NCBI GenBank assembly: GCA_947630965.1 | Contig: CANRJO010000001.1 | Coordinates: 5,988 to 69,987, forward strand | Direction: 5' to 3' | Length of the DNA stretch: 64,000 bases | Origin: an uncultured Alphaproteobacteria bacterium | Lineage (GTDB): Bacteria > Pseudomonadota > Alphaproteobacteria > RF32 > CAG-239 | Shown here: one piece after another, positions 58,356-64,000 of the stretch | How positions within the stretch are numbered: the stretch's first letter is position 1 | How the letters are laid out: each line of letters opens with the position of its first letter | Made by a program: the position numbers and the translations under genes | The notes under the pieces: generated by a model | What the model saw: only the letters and a program-made list of their open reading frames with translations | Database searches by the model: none | Told to the model about the DNA's origin: nothing

Positions 58356-61300
58356 ACCCTCCCGATGGCTCTGAAAACAAATCTTTAATAGAGTTCGGAC
58401 TCAAGACGGAAAGCGGATTAATTTCAATTTTAGGATTATCCAATTTCCCTTCCACGGCATAATTAACGGCAAAAATTGTGCCGTCTTTGCCCGCCAATGC
58501 TGTACCAACAAGAGGTATTCTGCCCAAAAACTGATTAATGCTATACGCCGGTGAGACAATCCCTTTGAGCTTAACATCCTGCGTTGTTTTGTTCACGGTG
58601 CCGTTAGCATTAATTCCCAAAACATTGCCGAACATATTAGCGTTTTTCAAGAACAGGATGCTGTTTTTATATTCAAACGGGGCGTCAAAGTGTGAAAATG
58701 ATAAGCCTTCGCCGGTCAGCAAATCCACAATACCGCTAAAGGAAGCCACAGTTAAGACTTTGGCAAGAAGCGGTGTGTTATGTATGCTGAAATCGCGGAT
58801 ACGGGCATGCCCGATAAAGTTTTTATTTTGATCGCGTTTTGCCTCAATTTTCAAAATACCGCCGGTCATATTGTCGTAAAGGCGCAACACGCGCAAGGTG
58901 CTTCCAGCATTATTACTGTCAATAAAGAGCATGTGCTCATTATTCGGGCGCGGGGCATAGTCAAGCTTGAGCTTAATAGATTTATCCGTACCAAAATTAC
59001 CAAAAACATGCATTTCATCAAGCCCGATACCGTTTTTGAAATTAGCACTCGCTGCCACGTTGCGGATGGAAGTTTTAGGGTTTGTCCAAAGTTTTTGAAC
59101 GGAAATGAACACATCTGTATCAGGCATATTTTCAAGCGCGTCAGCGGAATCCGTAGCTGTTTCGGGTGTTTTTTGAGCAAGAGTATCTTTTTTCTCAAGG
59201 TTTTCATAAAGAGGCGTCAGGTCATAACTTTTACCGTTCACATCAATTTTAACCAGACTTTGCGCACCATTTTCTTTATATGACAAATCTATTTTAGCTT
59301 TAGCAGACGTGCGGGGTCCCTCAATTTTTTCAATGTTGATACTTTTTAACAATCCTTGTTGGTTAATGTCCAACTTACCGGCTAAATCAAATTCATTTTT
59401 ATGGAGTGCAAACATCGGTACGGCGGATAATTTTTCATCAATAAATTCAATTTTGGCTTTTATTTGCCCGCTTTCTTCCAAAGGTTTAACAAAGCCCAAA
59501 AAGGCATAATCAATGGCAGCGTGTGTTAAATCAGCCTCAGCGTCAATATAAGTGTGTTGCTCATCTAAAACGGTAATATCGGCAGTTACATCAGCATAAC
59601 CTTCAATATACGGGGCGCGTAAAATGGCAGATTGAAAACCGAGCTTTTTCTCAACTTCCTCATCAAGACGGAATTTTACTTGCGCCTTACTTTTATAATC
59701 GCGCGGTTTAAAAGATTCGTCCACTTCAAGCGCAAAGGAAATTTCATCTAAAGAGGCATTACCTTTTACAAAAAAGCCCTGATTGTCAACCGTAAGCTCT
59801 AAATCAGAGGCTTTGGCATGATGCCCCTTAATTTCCTTTAAGAGTTCCACATCGGTTAGCTTAGCTTTCACATCAACCTTCACATCATCCGGCTTAAGAT
59901 CGTGAGAAAGTTCAAAATCAAGCCCGAGGTCAATATCAACATCGCCCTTAATTTCGTTCGGATTAATCCCCATTTCTTTGGTAAAGTTCAGCGGCGGATT
60001 ATCAATATACCGAAGCGCATCGGTAATGGTAGAATTTCCCTGCAGATTGATTTTGATAAAGTTATGAGTTTTGTTCAAATCATAAAGCAAAACGTTGCCA
60101 TCCGTTAAGATAATGCCATCTGAAACGCCCTTATCTGCATGGATATCAATGCTTGATTCATCAAAAAGGGCAGTTCCGTAAACATGTTCAACGGCAGGCA
60201 GCCCCTCTAAATAAGAGATAGAGGCATCAGAGGCGTATGCTTTGCCGTCAAGCTTTTGAAGCCCAAAGGTACGTGTTTTGTCAGAAAAACCGAATTCAAA
60301 AGTAAAACGCCCGTCAGTTGCCGTACCGGCATACAGATTTTTTTGGCACCATTCCCAAGCAGGCTCAGCCAGATACCGTGGCCAAAACTTAGATAAATCA
60401 GGCAAAGAAAACTGATCAATCTCGGCAGTAAAGATAATTTTGAGATCATCTAAAGCGCGTTCAAACAAAAATTTGCGATAACCGCTGATATCTAGGCTTA
60501 AGCGCGTTTTTTGCCCGCCTGTTTCAAAATCAGCGTTTTGAATGCTGATTTTGTTCATATCACCCGTGATAGAGCCATCCAGAACAAACGAATCAATCGC
60601 GTAATTAAATTTTTCTTCTTCATTAAACACCACTTCGCCGGCATGCCCATGAATATTGAAGTTAATTTTTTTTATGGCGGTGTCTAGTTCCTCGGTCAAA
60701 TTATCGCGGTGTTGCAAAATCTGATTAAAATCCATTAAAGCCGTGATGGAGCCGTCAATCGGCACATTAATCCGAAAAGTGGAATCCGGTTCAGGGGTCA
60801 CCAAATCGGCAGGCAAAAAGTCGGCAAAAGAGGTTTTCACGGTCAGCCCGTTATTTAAGGGGCTATAGATAGCCTTAACCCCCAAAGAAGCAAGCCTATC
60901 TTTCAAATCAAGCACACCGTCCGCTTGAAGTTCCAGATTAAGTAGGTTGCGCTTAAAATTAAAAGCCACATCTTTGAATTGCCATTGGCGAGCCAAATCC
61001 ACTTCATGAAATTCAACTTCCGCCTCTTCAATCGAAATTTCATTAATGTAGCTTTCGGGATAGATTTTTTCATCAGCATTAAAACGCTCCAAAAAGCCCT
61101 CAAACCAATCCACATAGAGTTCAAATTTTTTCTTATTCAGTTCGTTTGTTTTGCCTTCTTCCAAGCCATAAGTTGTGAAAATGGAAACTTTCGGATGATA
61201 AACATGCACAGTACTTGGGGCAATAATACCGTTTAAGAGTGCACGCACGCTAAACGAAAGTGAAAGGTTTGGCGTATAAACGGCAAAGGTATCATCATTT

Positions 61301-61572
61301 TTCCGAAAGTTTACGTCTTTGGCAATAATTTTAACCGGTTGAATAGAGCGCACAAGCTCCAGATTAACATCACCGATACTCATGGTATATTGTGTATCTT
61401 CGGAGTTTAACGCCTGCATAATATAAGGCTTCAAAAACGGCACGGAAAGAGGACCTTGGTATAAAACCCAAAGGCAATATAAAAGACCTAAAAACAAAAC
61501 AACGCCGAAATAATCAAACGTTTTGCGTACGTAATAAAAACGCCCTTTTTTCTTTACTTTGTTTTGAGCCAT
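58342..61572 (-). CDS. Large AsmA-like / YhdP-like envelope protein
   Basis: 1076 aa. N-terminal TM anchor (FGVVLFLGLLYCLWVL). A long beta-rich body. The C-terminal region resembles the AsmA_2/DUF3971 arrangement. Confidence 0.55.
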   Translation of the reverse strand: MAQNKVKKKGRFYYVRKTFDYFGVVLFLGLLYCLWVLYQGPLSVPFLKPYIMQALNSEDTQYTMSIGDVNLELVRSIQPVKIIAKDVNFRKNDDTFAVYTPNLSLSFSVRALLNGIIAPSTVHVYHPKVSIFTTYGLEEGKTNELNKKKFELYVDWFEGFLERFNADEKIYPESYINEISIEEAEVEFHEVDLARQWQFKDVAFNFKRNLLNLELQADGVLDLKDRLASLGVKAIYSPLNNGLTVKTSFADFLPADLVTPEPDSTFRINVPIDGSITALMDFNQILQHRDNLTEELDTAIKKINFNIHGHAGEVVFNEEEKFNYAIDSFVLDGSITGDMNKISIQNADFETGGQKTRLSLDISGYRKFLFERALDDLKIIFTAEIDQFSLPDLSKFWPRYLAEPAWEWCQKNLYAGTATDGRFTFEFGFSDKTRTFGLQKLDGKAYASDASISYLEGLPAVEHVYGTALFDESSIDIHADKGVSDGIILTDGNVLLYDLNKTHNFIKINLQGNSTITDALRYIDNPPLNFTKEMGINPNEIKGDVDIDLGLDFELSHDLKPDDVKVDVKAKLTDVELLKEIKGHHAKASDLELTVDNQGFFVKGNASLDEISFALEVDESFKPRDYKSKAQVKFRLDEEVEKKLGFQSAILRAPYIEGYADVTADITVLDEQHTYIDAEADLTHAAIDYAFLGFVKPLEESGQIKAKIEFIDEKLSAVPMFALHKNEFDLAGKLDINQQGLLKSINIEKIEGPRTSAKAKIDLSYKENGAQSLVKIDVNGKSYDLTPLYENLEKKDTLAQKTPETATDSADALENMPDTDVFISVQKLWTNPKTSIRNVAASANFKNGIGLDEMHVFGNFGTDKSIKLKLDYAPRPNNEHMLFIDSNNAGSTLRVLRLYDNMTGGILKIEAKRDQNKNFIGHARIRDFSIHNTPLLAKVLTVASFSGIVDLLTGEGLSFSHFDAPFEYKNSILFLKNANMFGNVLGINANGTVNKTTQDVKLKGIVSPAYSINQFLGRIPLVGTALAGKDGTIFAVNYAVEGKLDNPKIEINPLSVLSPNSIKDLFSEPSGGYDEP

Positions 61573-62405
61573 GCCAAAATCTCTTTATAATTTTGAAGAT
61601 AGTAAAGGTTTTCATGAATACCGCTTTGGTAGCTTACAAGCGTTTTGGGCGCCTTCGCCAAGGCATACAAATCCTTAGCCTGTTGTGGCGGAACAAGCCA
61701 ATCGCTTTCCGTCATCATCACCAACACGCGTGACTGAAGCTCAGGCATGATCGCGGTGTTATCATAAGCATCTCTAATTAACAAATCAAGGGGCAGGGGA
61801 ATAGGCGGAAGATTTCCCCAGCCGAGCCTGCTTTGAATGGTGTCTAAAAAGCTTGTGAAAGGCACTTCCAAAACAACGCCTTCAAAAAGCCCTTCATCTT
61901 CGGTATGAACAGCGGCATAAAGCGCCTGATGTGTGCCCAAAGACATACCGTAAACAACAATATCTTTGTTTTCAAACCCAAGCTGATGCAAATAAGAAAC
62001 GGCTTTCAGACTGTCTTCTTCCAAAAAACGTTGGCGGATTTTGTTTCCTTGCCCGCCAAACCCGCGGTGCTCGGGCAAAAAGACAGAATAACCGGCTTCA
62101 TAAAAAGGCACAACTTTGTGATAATAATGCCCCAAATTAAACGCGTTACCATGCAAAAACAACACGATTTTCCCGTTGTTTTCAGGCGTTTTGTTAAGAG
62201 CGAGCCAACCTTTCACTTCCTGCCCGTCAGGATAAATATGGTAAAGAACTTCTTCGGCATCAAAACCATCGGCGCGCACTTTTTCCAAATCCGCCTGAAA
62301 GTCAAAGGGCAGAAAGAAAAACTTTTCCGGCATAAAATAAACCGCCGCGCACAAAAGAACATAAAGCCCCGCTAAAAGAAGTATAATTTTTTTAAGAAGT
62401 CGCAT
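61554..62405 (-). CDS. Alpha/beta hydrolase
   Basis: Signal/TM N-terminus. HG oxyanion motif (LFLHGNAF). Nucleophile elbow GMSLG. Confidence 0.72.
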   Translation of the reverse strand: MRLLKKIILLLAGLYVLLCAAVYFMPEKFFFLPFDFQADLEKVRADGFDAEEVLYHIYPDGQEVKGWLALNKTPENNGKIVLFLHGNAFNLGHYYHKVVPFYEAGYSVFLPEHRGFGGQGNKIRQRFLEEDSLKAVSYLHQLGFENKDIVVYGMSLGTHQALYAAVHTEDEGLFEGVVLEVPFTSFLDTIQSRLGWGNLPPIPLPLDLLIRDAYDNTAIMPELQSRVLVMMTESDWLVPPQQAKDLYALAKAPKTLVSYQSGIHENLYYLQNYKEILAWLKTK

Positions 62406-63499
62406 TATTCCCTACCTTGGCAGCTAATGCCGCCGCTAAAAACAAATCAATTTCACCGTCCAAAACCGCTTGGCAATCAGAGGTTTCGGCATTGGTGCGC
62501 AAATCTTTAACCAACCGATATGGTTGCAACACATACGAACGAATTTGATATCCCCAACCATTATCGCCTTGGGCATCGCGTTGTTCAGAGGCGGCATCGG
62601 CGCGCTTTTGCATTTCGCGTTCATAAAGCCGCGCTTTCAACATTTTCCATGCGTTATCGCGGTTTTGAAATTGCGAGCGTTGGGTTTGGCTTTGCACCAC
62701 AATTCCTGTTGGTAAGTGCGTGATGCGCACGGCAGAATCAGTTTTGTTAATATGTTGCCCACCGGCGCCTGATGACCGATAAGTATCAATTCGGCAATCC
62801 GCCTCATTAATTTCAATATGAATAGAGTCATCAATCACGGGAAACACATTAACCGAGGCAAAGCTGGTGTGCCGACGTGCCGCGCTGTCAAAAGGAGAAA
62901 TCCGTACCAAGCGGTGCACGCCACTTTCGGATTTCAGCCAGCCGTAAGCATTATGCCCCGAAATTTTGATGGTCACGGACTTAATGCCGGCAACATCGCC
63001 TTCGGTTTCTTCCTGATATTCCACTTTGTACGAATGTTTCTCGGCATAGCGCGTATACATACGCAGAAGCATTTCCGCCCAATCTTGCGCTTCTGTGCCG
63101 CCACTACCGGCATGAATTTCCAAATAAGCGTCATTAGCGTCCGCCTTGCCAGAGAGTAAAGCTTCAAGCTCCCCACGGCGCGTTTGTGCGCGCAAATCTT
63201 CCAGATGATGTAAAATATCGGTTTGCAAAGCCTCATCCGTATCGGCAAGTTCTGCCATTTCCTTATCATCGGCAAGGGCTTGGGCCATTTCCTGATATTG
63301 ATGAATAGCCGTTTCCAGATTGTTTTTTTCACTCATTAGCTTTTGAGCCGCCGCGGCGTTTTGCCACAAATCCGGATTTTGAGAAAGCGCCGTTAATTCT
63401 TCCAGACGCAGGAGGGCATTATCATAATCAAAGAGACCTCCTCAGCAGGCTCAAAGACTGCTCAATCTCTTCTATAACATTTAACAATTCGGCTTTCAT
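62392..63499 (-). CDS. prfB: Peptide chain release factor 2, made by a programmed +1 frameshift
   Basis: Frame 0 reads ATG...AGG AGG TCT CTT TGA T, which matches the canonical prfB shift site. The +1 frame continues with DYDNALLRLEEL... and carries the SPF tripeptide-region motif and GGQ (SGAGGQHINKTDSAVRITH). Confidence 0.9.
63428..63446 (-). other. prfB +1 programmed frameshift site (internal SD-like AGGAGG, CUU UGA U)
   Basis: The minus strand reads CTGAGGAGGTCTCTTTGATTATG. Confidence 0.85.
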
Positions 63500-64000
63500 T
63501 AATATTCTCCTCCAACTTGGAAAGTATTATCTTCCGCTTCAATTTGGATCCCTTCACCAATCACGCGTTGTTCAGTGCTGTCAAAGTTATAATCAGGCTT
63601 AATAGCCTCTGTAATGACGGTTTCATCGCCAGGCTGTGAAAGTTTACCTGTCTTGGGGTTAATACGCACGAGCTTAATGCCCTGCGGAATCCGAAACGGC
63701 GTGTCGGGCACATCTTTAAGGGCATCTGCCATGAAATAATCAAAAATCGGCAACGCCGCGGCGGCACCTGTTTCCACGCGCCCCAAACTCACAGGCTCGT
63801 CATAGCCCACATAAACACCCGCCACCAAATCGGGTGAAAAGCCGATAAACCAAGCGTCTTTATTTTCATTGGTCGTGCCGGTTTTACCCGCCAAATGCTT
63901 GTTTAAGTGCCGGAGCCTTGCGCCTGTGCCGCGCACGGCAACGCCTTCCAAAATGGAAGTCATCTGATAAGCGGTGAGGGGGTCAATAATTTGCTCACGC
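63499..64000 (-). CDS. mrcA: Penicillin-binding protein 1A, C-terminal part (gene continues beyond the window end)
   Basis: KTGTT motif and the C-terminal region of class A PBP. The frame is open to the window edge. The stop overlaps the prfB ATG. Confidence 0.78.
   Translation of the reverse strand, partial: REQIIDPLTAYQMTSILEGVAVRGTGARLRHLNKHLAGKTGTTNENKDAWFIGFSPDLVAGVYVGYDEPVSLGRVETGAAAALPIFDYFMADALKDVPDTPFRIPQGIKLVRINPKTGKLSQPGDETVITEAIKPDYNFDSTEQRVIGEGIQIEAEDNTFQVGGEY

Noticed and set aside
1-64000. CRISPR arrays, IS elements, prophage or integrase genes
   Set aside because: I scanned for regularly spaced repeats with unique spacers, and for transposase or integrase motifs, and found none. 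The only tandem repeats are intragenic coding repeats.

Overview
This 64-kb window looks like a densely coding chromosomal segment of a low-GC alphaproteobacterium, roughly 40-43% GC by eye. The gene content resembles a host-associated Hyphomicrobiales-type genome (Bartonella- or Liberibacter-like), but the genus cannot be assigned from sequence alone. I call about 65 CDS. No rRNA, tRNA, CRISPR array, transposase or integrase was recognised. Recognisable housekeeping genes are lgt, dtd, lemA, lptB, kdsD, holC, the hflK-hflC-degP cluster, glmM, rnhB, prmA, pepP, galU, a cdd/purine-nucleoside-phosphorylase/deoA nucleoside-salvage operon, rpsF-rpsR-rplI, rplQ, hemW, yifB, asnS, rpoH, prmC, prfB with its programmed +1 frameshift, and the 3' end of a PBP1A gene. 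Several things stand out. (1) An operon of lipoprotein, yifB and a large secreted Cys-rich protein with 36-nt tandem repeats and a catalytically dead trypsin-like domain. (2) A compositionally distinct segment of about 1.9 kb (48.55-50.43 kb) carrying a Cys-rich secreted protein gene, bounded by about 70-nt direct repeats, and carrying an imperfect palindromic repeat element of about 170 nt. (3) A full-length but active-site-less aspartate-semialdehyde dehydrogenase paralog. (4) An apparent LptC-LptA fusion next to lptB, with no rpoN downstream. (5) A stand-alone Lon-like protease divergent from two translationally coupled TPR membrane proteins. (6) Two giant AsmA-family proteins. (7) rplQ displaced from rpoA. 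Coordinates follow the ORF track. Starts moved away from track values are justified in the evidence fields. Minus-strand coordinates may be off by one nucleotide in places.
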